The notes below the pieces were generated by a model, which made no database searches, was not told the DNA's origin, and saw only the letters and a list, made by a program, of their open reading frames with translations. From NCBI GenBank assembly GCA_022709865.1, contig JAKLIA010000001.1, positions 37,593 to 101,592 of the forward strand: a stretch of 64,000 nt of DNA, in the 5' to 3' direction. Source of the stretch: Patescibacteria group bacterium. Its GTDB lineage: Bacteria; Patescibacteriota; Minisyncoccia; Portnoybacterales; GWB1-42-6. Position numbers and translations under genes: made by a program. This document shows, one piece after another, positions 1-8,789 of the stretch (its first letter is position 1; the number at the start of each line of letters is the position of its first letter).

Positions 1-1398
1 CGGTTTTAATTGTGTCGGTTATTCCAGCTAAATAAAGCATTTCAACTGAAGGGATGTTCAGTGATTGGGCTAATGATTCGCGTGCGGTGATCGGCCCGCG
101 GAACTTATCATCATAGTTTCCGGGGTGATAACAATCTAATCCGTATTGGTCTTTATCTTGGCTGGAATCGGCCGGACAGTTAGGGTTAAACTCGGTCAGA
201 ACGTCAAAGAGCACGGTATCGGGAGTGTAGCCCTTAGCAAAAGCAGTGGCATAAGCAAAGGGTTTAAAAGAAGAGCCTGGTTGGCGGTCGCGGATAGTCA
301 CATTAACGTTGCCGTCGTTGGCGGTATCAAAATAATCAGCTGAGCCAACCATAGCCAGGATCTGCCCAGTCTTAGGATCAACTGCTGCCAGCGCTGCATT
401 GCGCGCGCCATATTTTTTAGCGTTGTTTTTTGCTCCTTCGCTAATAATTTCTTCTGCGGTTTTTTGTAGACCCCAATCCAAGGTGGTATAAACTTTTAAG
501 CCTTGTTTTTCCACCGCATCTTCTCCATATTGGTTTTCCAGATATTCTTTTATATACATTACAAAATGCGGAGCCTTGATGCTATGGGCAACCTCAGAGA
601 ACTTCAATTCTTCTTTTTTGGCGGCGTCGGCTTCTTCTTGGGTAATATAATCATTTTTTACCATCTGGTTCAAAACATATTCTTGCCGCGCTTTTAATTC
701 TTCCGGGTGTGAGCCATAAGGCGAGAGGCGAGAGGGCGCTTGGGGCAAGGCAGCCAGCAAGGCGCTTTCCGCTAAGGTTAGGTCTTTAGCTTGCTTGTTA
801 AAAAAAGTTTGGGCCGCCGCTTCAACGCCATAAGCATTTGAACCATAAGGCACCTGATTCAAGTAAAGCGCTAAGATCTCATCTTTGCTGTAGCGCCGTT
901 CCAGCTCAATCGCCAATATCCATTCTTTTATTTTTCTTAAATAAGACCGCTCGTCGGTGAAAAAAGATTTTTTAATAAATTGTTGGGTGATGGTGGAGCC
1001 GCCGCCGGCGCTGCGATTATTAGTGATGACTCCCCAGATCGCTCGGGCAATACCCTTAAAATCCAAGCCGAAGTGGTTATAAAAATTAGCGTCTTCAGTG
1101 GCGATAGTGGCATCTTTCACGTATTGCGACATTTCACCTAGGGAAACTATAGTGCGCTTTTCTTCGCCGTGGATATCATAAAGCAGGATCTTGCCGGTGC
1201 GGTCGTATATCTTGGTGGATTGGGTAACTTGCCGTTCGTTTATCTTATCGGTGCTGGGCAAATCTTTGGCAAAATAAAAAAAAGCGGCCATGGCAAAAAT
1301 AGCTCCGCCCATAATTATCCAGCCGGCAAGTTTTAACGCGCGGCTCAGCCAAGCGCGCGATTTTTTCTGATAGGGATGAAAGAAAATGTTTTTATCCA
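1..1398 (-). CDS. Class A penicillin-binding protein (PBP1A-type transglycosylase/transpeptidase). The 3' end runs off the window, so the protein C-terminus is missing.
   Basis: Reverse translation from 1398 gives MDKNIFFHPYQKKSRAWLSRALKLAGWIIMGG (N-terminal TM anchor). Downstream is the GT51 motif LAIELERRYSKDEILALYLNQVPYGSNAYGVEAAAQTFF. There is no stop before position 1. Confidence 0.75.
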
Positions 1399-1480
1399 TT
1401 AACCCTAATTTTGTCAAAAAAACCGCTAATAGTCAAAATAAAAACCCCTTTTTGTTGGGGTTCTTATTTTTATTGAAAGT

Positions 1481-1660
1481 TATTCGATCTCTTCTCCTTC
1501 CACAATGCCGTCATCAAGAAAATCATCTTCGTCTTCTCCTGAAGCCATCTCTGGCTCATCGGTATCGCTTTCTGGCGCCTCATCGGTTGAGTCATCCGCC
1601 AGCCCGGTGCCTTTTTGGTCTTGGTCGTCATCTCCCGGGTAAAAAGATAGGTTCGTCATT
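1481..1660 (-). CDS. Small acidic low-complexity protein, 59 aa, hypothetical.
   Basis: Minus-strand ORF MTNLSFYPGDDDQDQKGTGLADDSTDEAPESDTDEPEMASGEDEDDFLDDGIVEGEEIE, not in the supplied track because it is under 60 aa. It lies between ruvC and the PBP gene. Confidence 0.25.
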
Positions 1661-1778
1661 TTTAAAAAAATTAAAAATTATTTTATGGATAATCTCGACC
1701 TTTTAGAGGAGGGATTTTTTCTGTGCCGTTATTCTATTTAAATCTAACAGCTCTGTCAATAATGATGCTTGGGGATAA

Positions 1779-2252
1779 CTATATTTTTAATGAATGGGCG
1801 CAGCAAATAGCAATAGCCAGGGCGTCGGCTGCGTCGTCGGGCTTCGGGATTTCCTTTAAGTTTAAAATAAGTTTGACCATTTGTTGGATCTGGTTTTTTT
1901 CGGCGCGGCCATAACCGGTCAAAGCCTGCTTTACTTGCAGGGGAGTGTATTCGTAGAGCTTTAATTTTTGCTGCTCGGCGGCTAGCAGGATAACGCCGCG
2001 GGCCTGGCTGACTTTTATGGCGGTGGTCAGGTTTTTAAAAAAGAAAAGTTCTTCCACAGCCACAATATTTGGCTTATGTTTTTTGATGAACTTGGTTAAT
2101 TGTTGGTGCAGGTCGTTAAGCCTTTGGGCGGTAGTGTCGCTAGTGCTGGTCGTTAAGCAGTCGTAGCATTTTATAGCCGCTTTTTTGTTTTTGTATTCGA
2201 TTAGGCCAACGCCAATTCGCGCGGTCCCCGGGTCAATGCCAAGGATTAGCAT
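1779..2252 (-). CDS. ruvC: Crossover junction endodeoxyribonuclease RuvC
   Basis: N-terminus MLILGIDPGTARIGVGLIE matches the RuvC RNase-H fold. The gene sits with yebC and ruvB on the same strand. Confidence 0.85.
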   Translation of the reverse strand: MLILGIDPGTARIGVGLIEYKNKKAAIKCYDCLTTSTSDTTAQRLNDLHQQLTKFIKKHKPNIVAVEELFFFKNLTTAIKVSQARGVILLAAEQQKLKLYEYTPLQVKQALTGYGRAEKNQIQQMVKLILNLKEIPKPDDAADALAIAICCAHSLKI

Positions 2253-2261
2253 AAAATATTT

Positions 2262-2987
2262 TTAGTCGTTGATATTTGAATAAACTTCGTTCACGTCGTC
2301 GTGTTCATCTAACGCCTCAAATAATTTTTCCAGGCGCTCCTTATCTTTAGCCTCAGCCAGGGCAATGGGGCTTTTAGCCAGCCAAAGCAAAGAGGCGTCT
2401 TCTATCTTGATATTTTTTTCTTCCAGCGCTTTTTTAATTTTATCCAGCTCGTCGGGTTTGGTATAGATCTCCAGCGTTTCTTCGTCGGCCAATTTAATAT
2501 CTTGCGCGCCGGCATCGATCGCTAAAAGTTCCAGCTCGTCTTTTTGGGCGGGGGAGGCTTTTATAATGATCAATCCTTGCCGTTCAAAAAGATATAAAAC
2601 CGAGCCGGGATTGGCTGGTTTGCCATTATGCTCGGACAATAAAAACTTAAGCTCGGAAATCGAGCGGTTGCGGTTATCGGTGGCGCCTTCAATTAATAGG
2701 GCTGAGCCAGCCGGGCCGTAAGCTTCCATTAAAAACTCTTCTATTTGCACGCCTTCAAGTTCTCCGGCGCCCTTGGCAATAGCTCGCTCAACATTCTCTA
2801 GCGGCATATTTATTGAGCGCGCTTTATCTATTAAGGTGCGCAACGTGGGATTAACTTGCGGGTCTTTGCCTTTGGCGCGAACAGCAATAGTAATTAGGCG
2901 CGCCATCTTGCCAAAAATCTTGCCCTTTTTGGCATCCGTGAGAGCTTTTTGGTGTTTAATTTGAGACCATTTATTATGTCCGCTCAT
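2262..2987 (-). CDS. yebC: YebC/PmpR family DNA-binding transcriptional regulator
   Basis: MSGHNKWSQIKHQKALTDAKKGKIFGKMARLITIAVRAKGKDPQVNPTLRTLIDKAR is a canonical YebC N-terminus. It is classically linked to ruvC. Confidence 0.85.
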   Translation of the reverse strand: MSGHNKWSQIKHQKALTDAKKGKIFGKMARLITIAVRAKGKDPQVNPTLRTLIDKARSINMPLENVERAIAKGAGELEGVQIEEFLMEAYGPAGSALLIEGATDNRNRSISELKFLLSEHNGKPANPGSVLYLFERQGLIIIKASPAQKDELELLAIDAGAQDIKLADEETLEIYTKPDELDKIKKALEEKNIKIEDASLLWLAKSPIALAEAKDKERLEKLFEALDEHDDVNEVYSNIND

Positions 2988-3012
2988 AGGGTTTCTTTAA
3001 ATCGTTTTTATC

Positions 3013-4176
3013 TTAATCGCCATCTCTATCGGTGTCAACCTGTTTTTGGCGACGCCAATAAATAAGCCCCAAGGCGGAAAGGCCCGCCAGAAATAAAATA
3101 CCAACCAGCGCTAAATTATTATAACCGCTAGCCGAGTCTTTCGCTGCTGCGGCTAAAAGATTGGGCTGGGCTGTTTTGGGCGTGGCTAGCGGAGTGCTTT
3201 CGGGTGAAGCGCTGATTTGTGATGCTGTTTTTTGCTTAATCGCCGCAAGTGGGCTGGGAGCATTATTTGTTGCCGCGCTTTCTTCTAAGGCAGTTATTTT
3301 ATTAACAGAAACATTTTCAACAACTTCTTCGTTAACAGCAAAAAAAGATTTTTTATTGGCTTGCCCGGGAGTAGGCTGGTTAGTCCAAAGCCAGCCGCCA
3401 TCAAACTTGGCCACGGCTTGGCCTTGGGAGGCTTTGCTAAAAGAGACGGCGTGCACTATTTGGCCATCAGGCCAGAGCAGGCGCACTTTGTCGCCGTCGT
3501 TGTTTAAAGTATTTTTATTAAAAGTGATGACTAAAAATTGTCCAGCAGGGATAAAAGTATTGGCCGGAATGATTTGTGGATTAGTAGAATTATCTGCGTC
3601 GTCAATTTGCCAGCCGGATAAATTAATTGCACTGTTATCCAGATTGATTAATTCCACCCATTCTTTGGTTTCTTCTTCTGGCCACGGCACAAACTCATTT
3701 AAGAAGACTTGCTGGGAATATTGGTAATTTGTCGTGCTCGGGGTTGGCAAGGCCTCAGAAGTGCTTGTGGGAGCAGGGGAGTCGCTTGGCGCTAAGGTCT
3801 CGCTGTTATAATCTGTGCCGCCGCCAACACAGGCTAATCCTTGGTCTTTTATTTTTTGTAAAATTGTTGGCCCGATGCCTTTAACGCGCAGCAAGTCGTC
3901 TAATGAAGAATAAGGCCGGCCATCGATTATTCTTTGGGCATAGACAGCGCCAATCCCTTCAAGCTGGTCTAATTGGTCTAGCGAAGCTGTATTAATATCA
4001 ACTCTCTCTATCGCAAAGATAGGATAATAAAAAAATACGGCGGATAAGATTATCGCCGTAAGAATTAATCGCTTATTGTTTTTATGGCTGAGTAGCAAGG
4101 TTTTTTTCGTATTCTTGGTGGGTTTGCAGGATCTTTTCTTGGACCAGCGCGGCATTGGGGATTTGCTGAAAAACAA
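3013..4176 (-). CDS. Membrane-anchored ComEA-like helix-hairpin-helix DNA-binding protein fused to a lamin-tail domain. The start codon is uncertain.
   Basis: N-terminal TM segment, then an HhH region (VDINTASLDQLDQLEGIGAVYAQRIIDGRPYSSLDDLLRVKGIGPTILQKI). This is followed by a Ser/Thr/Pro linker, an LTD-like beta domain (WVELINLDNSAINLSGWQIDDADNS...GDKVRLLWPDGQIVHAVSF), a second linker and a C-terminal TM segment. The annotated start overlaps the upstream gene by about 95 nt, so the true start may be internal. Confidence 0.6.
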   Translation of the reverse strand: MFFSKSPMPRWSKKRSCKPTKNTKKTLLLSHKNNKRLILTAIILSAVFFYYPIFAIERVDINTASLDQLDQLEGIGAVYAQRIIDGRPYSSLDDLLRVKGIGPTILQKIKDQGLACVGGGTDYNSETLAPSDSPAPTSTSEALPTPSTTNYQYSQQVFLNEFVPWPEEETKEWVELINLDNSAINLSGWQIDDADNSTNPQIIPANTFIPAGQFLVITFNKNTLNNDGDKVRLLWPDGQIVHAVSFSKASQGQAVAKFDGGWLWTNQPTPGQANKKSFFAVNEEVVENVSVNKITALEESAATNNAPSPLAAIKQKTASQISASPESTPLATPKTAQPNLLAAAAKDSASGYNNLALVGILFLAGLSALGLIYWRRQKQVDTDRDGD

Positions 4177-4621
4177 CAGGATTAGCTTGCCCGCTAATTT
4201 TAATTTCCGCGTCGCCGTATTTAAAAAAGGAGGCTAAGGGCCCATGGGTTTTTATCGCCACGCCCTGGATATTATCAATCACATAGGTCATAACCAACCG
4301 CTTAAATAAACCCATTTGTTGGATGTCAATAATTTTCTGGTTGGTTAAAATCCATAAGTCCAAATACCAATCTACCCAAATTAAAACGCCATAGCAAAAA
4401 GAGATAAACCAAAAAATCAACGCAAAATACCAAAACACCGCCGAGAAGGCTTGCTGGTTAACAAAAGACAGGTCAAAAAAAGCTAAAGCAAAAGCCACAA
4501 CCCAGGGCACCAACGACACAGCCACAGCCTTTAAGAGCGAGACAGCCAGAAAGAACCAATGGCGCCGGGCCATTAAAACTATTTGTTCGTTTTGGGCTAA
4601 AGTGAAAGCTGGCATTATCAT
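4082..4621 (-). CDS. Bacterial PH-domain (bPH_2/YdbS-like) membrane protein
   Basis: Two N-terminal TM helices followed by a PH-like region (YVIDNIQGVAIKTHGPLASFFKYGDAEIKISG). Confidence 0.45.
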   Translation of the reverse strand: MIMPAFTLAQNEQIVLMARRHWFFLAVSLLKAVAVSLVPWVVAFALAFFDLSFVNQQAFSAVFWYFALIFWFISFCYGVLIWVDWYLDLWILTNQKIIDIQQMGLFKRLVMTYVIDNIQGVAIKTHGPLASFFKYGDAEIKISGQANPVVFQQIPNAALVQEKILQTHQEYEKNLATQP

Positions 4622-4626
4622 TTTTT

Positions 4627-4691
4627 GTCATTCTGAGGGAGCGTAGCGATCGAAGAATCTTTTTTAGATCCTTCGTTTCACTCAGGATGAC
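4627..4691. repeat. GC-rich imperfect hairpin with an asymmetric internal loop. It is a member of the intergenic hairpin-repeat family.
   Basis: Left arm gtcattctgag...cgaagaatc pairs with right arm gatccttcg...ctcaggatgac. The internal loop carries ggagcgtagcgat, which is shared with the 31604 element. The T-run precedes rather than follows the stem, so it is not a canonical terminator. Confidence 0.4.
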
Positions 4692-4700
4692 GGAAATATA

Positions 4701-4907
4701 TTATAGTGTCTCCCATGGAATATTGGAAAAAATCCAATAACCCGCGAAGATAAAAATTATGGAAACAATCGCAATCGTCGCAATCGCTTTTTTGTGATTG
4801 TTGTTCGGCAATTGATATTGGAATAAATGATAAAACACCGCGCCGAGAAAGATAATGGCGAGGAGTAAAACGATTAGGCCGATAGTTAGAGAGGAAAGAA
4901 AAATCAT
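4701..4907 (-). CDS. Small two-TM membrane protein, hypothetical
   Basis: 68 aa hydrophobic ORF MIFLSSLTIGLIVLLLAIIFLGAVFY... Confidence 0.4.
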   Translation of the reverse strand: MIFLSSLTIGLIVLLLAIIFLGAVFYHLFQYQLPNNNHKKAIATIAIVSIIFIFAGYWIFSNIPWETL

Positions 4908-4925
4908 TTAGATTAAAATTCGGGT

Positions 4926-6668
4926 TCAGTAGCTAATTTTTTCTTTAAATTCATCAAAAACTTTTTTATTGCTTCCCTTGGTAGAGTCTACAAGACTTTG
5001 AAAAATTTCTAATGCGGAGTTTATTTTTTGTTTATTTTTAATACCATCAGACAAACCATCATCAAGTTGCTTAGAGAAAGAGCTAAGGCTTTGAATTATA
5101 GGGTCCCATATTTTTATAGCCTCACTTAAAGTTAGGGTTGCCTTAAAACAAAGACAAAATAGATTTGGTAGTTTAATGCCAAGTATTGTTTCTAGGCTCC
5201 TAGCGGTAGCAGACAAAAATAAAACATTTGAACCTCTGTTTCTAAAAAACGATAATTGCTGTTCTTCTAGGCTTGTATTTTTTTCTTGTTTTTTCTTTTC
5301 AAAAAGTTCAAGCTTCTTTTTTTCTATGGATTTCATTAACGCATATACAAAATAAATATGCTTTGCGGTAGTTTTCTCATTAAAGAATTTACTATACAAT
5401 GAGTCAGATTCCCATATGTAGGTTTTTTTATTGTAGGCGGAGTCCGGGTCTCCGTGAAAGGCAGCTAAAATCTGCCCCGCCGTTATTGATGGTATTGAGC
5501 TGGCTCTTCTTTTAATAAATTCGGTGCCACCACCTCGCCGATTAAGATAGGTTGTATTTTTTATTTTTAGAAATTCCTTTACTAGGCGTTTTTGGATTGC
5601 GTCATTACTTCTAAAATCAGGCGCAGTTATTTTATTTTGACTATTGTTATATTTAACAATATTTTGGACCGTATTGGGATTGGTGCATTTAATGAATCGG
5701 ACTTGAACAAGGGCGCTGTCTTTTATATTTTGCTTGGCCGTGCCAATAGCTCCTACGGTCTGTGCGCCATTAACAATTGATAATCCATTTATTTCTACTT
5801 TTCTATTGCTTTTATCAGTTTTGTAGTTATTTACTAAGGCGGTAATACCGTTGTTAAAAACGCAAAAATGCGATGGGTCTGATAGGGCTGTCTTTTGAAT
5901 TCCCTTATTTATGTTTTTGTCTGTATTTCTGCTTCCAAGATATTCTCGAACGTTTGCGGAAAGCAGCTTTGTAGAACCATATTTTTTAAAGATCCCTTTT
6001 AGCCATTTTGCTGAGATTGTTGTTAGGTAGGCCGACCAATCGTCTCCCCTAATTTCAAGTCCGCCCTTTACGGGAATATAAAAAATATCAGTAATTAAGA
6101 TTGGACTTAATAACGATTGGTACCATTCTTCAAGGGTATTCTTTCCAACTTCTAACGATCTAATTTCTATGTTATGAGTTTTTCCTATTAATGCAATGAG
6201 AGCGCTATTTGTGGTGTGCTCGACGGTTTGAAGTTCGTTTGCGACATTTTTTGATTCATCTAAATTATGAACATACCATATGTGTAGGGTTTCTATTTGG
6301 CCATCTTTTAATACATTTTGTAATTCTTGGGCATGACTTTGTAAGCTCGGGGGTAATTTATTGGGTGGGGTAGAAATTAACGATGAAACCGCTGTGTTTA
6401 AATCGCTTGCTTTGTTTGCGGGAGCCTCTTTCTTGTCCTTCTCGCTTATATATGCTTGAGAGATTACGGCTACGTGATTTTCTGTGTCAATATAAACGAT
6501 GTCTGCTTTTTTATCGTTTGGGCCGGCTGTAATGGAACTTTGGGCTGTATTTTCGATGTCTTCAATTCCAAATTTAAGCTCTAAGGCAAACAAAGCAAGG
6601 GAATTTGTTTTAAACTTTTTTAAATCTTCCCTAGCTTCGTATGCTTGATGGTATGTTTTTGGGGGCAT
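4926..6668 (-). CDS. AIPR-like (abortive infection phage resistance family) protein, 580 aa. The gene is AT-rich and probably horizontally acquired.
   Basis: Large soluble protein with the motif LSIVNGAQTVGAIG, which I recall as the NGaQT hallmark of AIPR N-terminal domains. GC is clearly lower than the neighbours. No partner R-M genes are adjacent. Confidence 0.45.
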   Translation of the reverse strand: MPPKTYHQAYEAREDLKKFKTNSLALFALELKFGIEDIENTAQSSITAGPNDKKADIVYIDTENHVAVISQAYISEKDKKEAPANKASDLNTAVSSLISTPPNKLPPSLQSHAQELQNVLKDGQIETLHIWYVHNLDESKNVANELQTVEHTTNSALIALIGKTHNIEIRSLEVGKNTLEEWYQSLLSPILITDIFYIPVKGGLEIRGDDWSAYLTTISAKWLKGIFKKYGSTKLLSANVREYLGSRNTDKNINKGIQKTALSDPSHFCVFNNGITALVNNYKTDKSNRKVEINGLSIVNGAQTVGAIGTAKQNIKDSALVQVRFIKCTNPNTVQNIVKYNNSQNKITAPDFRSNDAIQKRLVKEFLKIKNTTYLNRRGGGTEFIKRRASSIPSITAGQILAAFHGDPDSAYNKKTYIWESDSLYSKFFNEKTTAKHIYFVYALMKSIEKKKLELFEKKKQEKNTSLEEQQLSFFRNRGSNVLFLSATARSLETILGIKLPNLFCLCFKATLTLSEAIKIWDPIIQSLSSFSKQLDDGLSDGIKNKQKINSALEIFQSLVDSTKGSNKKVFDEFKEKISY

Positions 6669-6741
6669 AAGCTTTTGTTCTGTTCTTTATTGATAATAGT
6701 AAGGAGATTTTTAAAATAGTTTCTCTCGCGGATTATTGCCA

Positions 6742-7503
6742 TTATTTTTCCGCCACAATCAGCATTTCAAAATCTTGGGTAGTCAGCTTGTCGTTTCGGG
6801 AATAGGCGCCGAGCTTTGCCCCGAAGATTTCAACTTTTTTAAAGCCCAAAGATTTTAAAAGCCAGGTAATTTCCGGCGGCACATAATAGCGCTCGTTGCA
6901 TTTGAGTTCCTTTTTCTTTCCGTCATCGTCTTCAAAAGTCGCAATATTAGAATCTCGGAAAGTCATCAAGTCAAAAGAGTTTTTGCCGCAGGCGCTGGCG
7001 CCTTCTTTTTTATTTGATTCGTAAAACTCCTTAACGGAATTAAAAAGAGGGAAGAGGCCGTTTAGGGTGGTGAAAATAAACTTGCCCGGAGATTTTAAAG
7101 CGTTAGTCGCGCCGCGCAAAATCTCATAATTCATTTCATCTGTTTCCATTAAAGAGAAGCCGCCTTCGCAAAGCATTATGGCTAAGTCAAACTCGTTTTT
7201 GAAGGGGAGTTGGCGAGCGTCGTGTTTTTGAAAATCAATGGTCAGGTTCTGCTCTTTAGCTTTTTGGCGCGCTTGCTTAAGCTGGGATTCGGATAAATCC
7301 ACACCCACAACTTTATAACCGCGTTTGGTTAATTCTATCGCATGGCGGCCGGTGCCGCAGCCAATATCCAAGATTTTTGATTTTTTATTGGAAGCGATTT
7401 CTTTTTCAATAAAATCACACTCGCCCAGCGTGCCTTGGACATAAGGTTCCTCGTCATATTTTTTCCCGTAGTTTTCAAATAAAGATTCGTACCACTGTTT
7501 CAT
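6742..7503 (-). CDS. Class I SAM-dependent methyltransferase
   Basis: Motif I ILDIGCGTGRHAIEL, followed by an acidic motif II. Typical small-molecule/RNA MTase fold. Confidence 0.7.
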   Translation of the reverse strand: MKQWYESLFENYGKKYDEEPYVQGTLGECDFIEKEIASNKKSKILDIGCGTGRHAIELTKRGYKVVGVDLSESQLKQARQKAKEQNLTIDFQKHDARQLPFKNEFDLAIMLCEGGFSLMETDEMNYEILRGATNALKSPGKFIFTTLNGLFPLFNSVKEFYESNKKEGASACGKNSFDLMTFRDSNIATFEDDDGKKKELKCNERYYVPPEITWLLKSLGFKKVEIFGAKLGAYSRNDKLTTQDFEMLIVAEK

Positions 7504-7511
7504 AAATATTT

Positions 7512-8582
7512 TTAGAGTAATTTTTCTTGATTTTGTTCCGGATATCTTATGCCTAAATGCTCATAGGCGCTTCTAGTGGCGACTCTGCCGCGCGGGGTGC
7601 GGCCGATAAAGCCCAGCTGCAATAAATAGGGCTCATAAACATCTTCGATTGTATCTTGCTCCTCATGGGTGGCAGCGGCTAAAGCTTGAAGCCCAACCGG
7701 GCCGCCGTCAAAGCGCTCAATAATATGGCGCAGGATTTGCCGGTCAACCGGTTCCAGCCCTAGCTGGTCAATTTCGAGCATCGCCAAAGCTTGTTTAGCC
7801 AAGTCCGCTGTTATTTTTCCATCGCCGCGCACTTGCGCAAAATCGCGCACGCGCTTGAGTAGGCGATTGGCCACGCGGGGAGTTGAGCGGGCGGAGCGTG
7901 CAATAACGCTAATGGCATCGAGTTCGGTTTCAATATTTAAAACTTTGGCTGAGCGCTGGATAATTTTGGCAATATCTTCGTGGCTATAAAAATCCAATCG
8001 GAAAGAAGCACCAAAGCGCGAGCGCATAGGGGAGGAAATTAAGCCGGGGCGGGTGGTGGCGGAAATTAAAGTGAACTTGGGCAGGTCCAGTTGCAGTGTC
8101 CGGGCGCTTGGCCCTTTGCCAATCACAATATCCAATTTAAAGTCTTCCATTGCCGGATAAAGCACTTCCTCGATTAACTTATTTAAGCGGTGAGATTCAT
8201 CAATGAATAAAATATCGCCGTCGCAAAGGTTAGTTAAAATTGAACCCAAATCTCCCACGCGCTCAATGGCCGGGCCGCTTGTCACTTTAATTCCCACGCC
8301 CATTTCTTTAGCAATAATATGGGCCAGGGTGGTTTTGCCAAGCCCCGCTGCGCCGCATAAGAGCACGTGCTCGATGGGTTCGCTTCGCCCTTTGGCGGCC
8401 GCGATCAAAATGCGCAGGTTTTCTTTGATTTTTTCCTGCCCTTGGTATTCGTTAAAACCCTGCGGCCGCAGGGTTAAGTCAATGCCATTGTCTTCTTCAT
8501 TTTGGAGGGGGGAGGTGAGCATCTTTTTGGGGGGCTTGACAAGGTTTCTAGCCCGTGCTAACATATCAAATCGTGCAGGCAA
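7512..8582 (-). CDS. ruvB: Holliday junction branch migration helicase RuvB. The start is possibly at the internal MLTSPLQ near 8525.
   Basis: [19 protein letters not shown], Walker [20 protein letters not shown], sensor region, and a C-terminal winged helix. Confidence 0.9.
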   Translation of the reverse strand: MPARFDMLARARNLVKPPKKMLTSPLQNEEDNGIDLTLRPQGFNEYQGQEKIKENLRILIAAAKGRSEPIEHVLLCGAAGLGKTTLAHIIAKEMGVGIKVTSGPAIERVGDLGSILTNLCDGDILFIDESHRLNKLIEEVLYPAMEDFKLDIVIGKGPSARTLQLDLPKFTLISATTRPGLISSPMRSRFGASFRLDFYSHEDIAKIIQRSAKVLNIETELDAISVIARSARSTPRVANRLLKRVRDFAQVRGDGKITADLAKQALAMLEIDQLGLEPVDRQILRHIIERFDGGPVGLQALAAATHEEQDTIEDVYEPYLLQLGFIGRTPRGRVATRSAYEHLGIRYPEQNQEKLL

Positions 8583-8789
8583 GCCCTTTTTAATCTGTAG
8601 GTGATGGGACCTTTTTTTATACTTGGTCTTGGCGGGGTTTTGTTTAAATATTTTGGATGTTCTGGCTTTGGCTGGAGCACTCCTTGGCAGAACTTTTAAC
8701 CTTCCCCCTGGTGGGAAGATATTACCTGCAGATTAAAGAAGGCTTGAAAATCCTCTGGCGCTTTTGCGCCCGGGGATTTTTTGTTTTCT

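Noticed and set aside
3161..3727. 188 aa plus-strand ORF antisense to the ComEA/LTD gene
   Set aside because: It lies entirely inside a better-supported minus-strand gene. It has no motifs and is an Ala/Ser/Leu-rich antisense artefact of GC-rich codons.
4082..4176. About 95 nt overlap between the bPH-domain gene and the annotated start of the ComEA/LTD gene
   Set aside because: This is probably an ORF-caller artefact from taking the most upstream Met. The ComEA gene more likely initiates at an internal or alternative start codon, so it was not treated as a genuine long overlap.
8203..8604. 133 aa plus-strand ORF and a TTGACA-17-TAACAT promoter-like sequence at about 8536-8564
   Set aside because: The ORF is antisense to ruvB, whose product has unambiguous motifs. 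The promoter-like sequence overlaps the ruvB 5' end and points away from any plus-strand gene.
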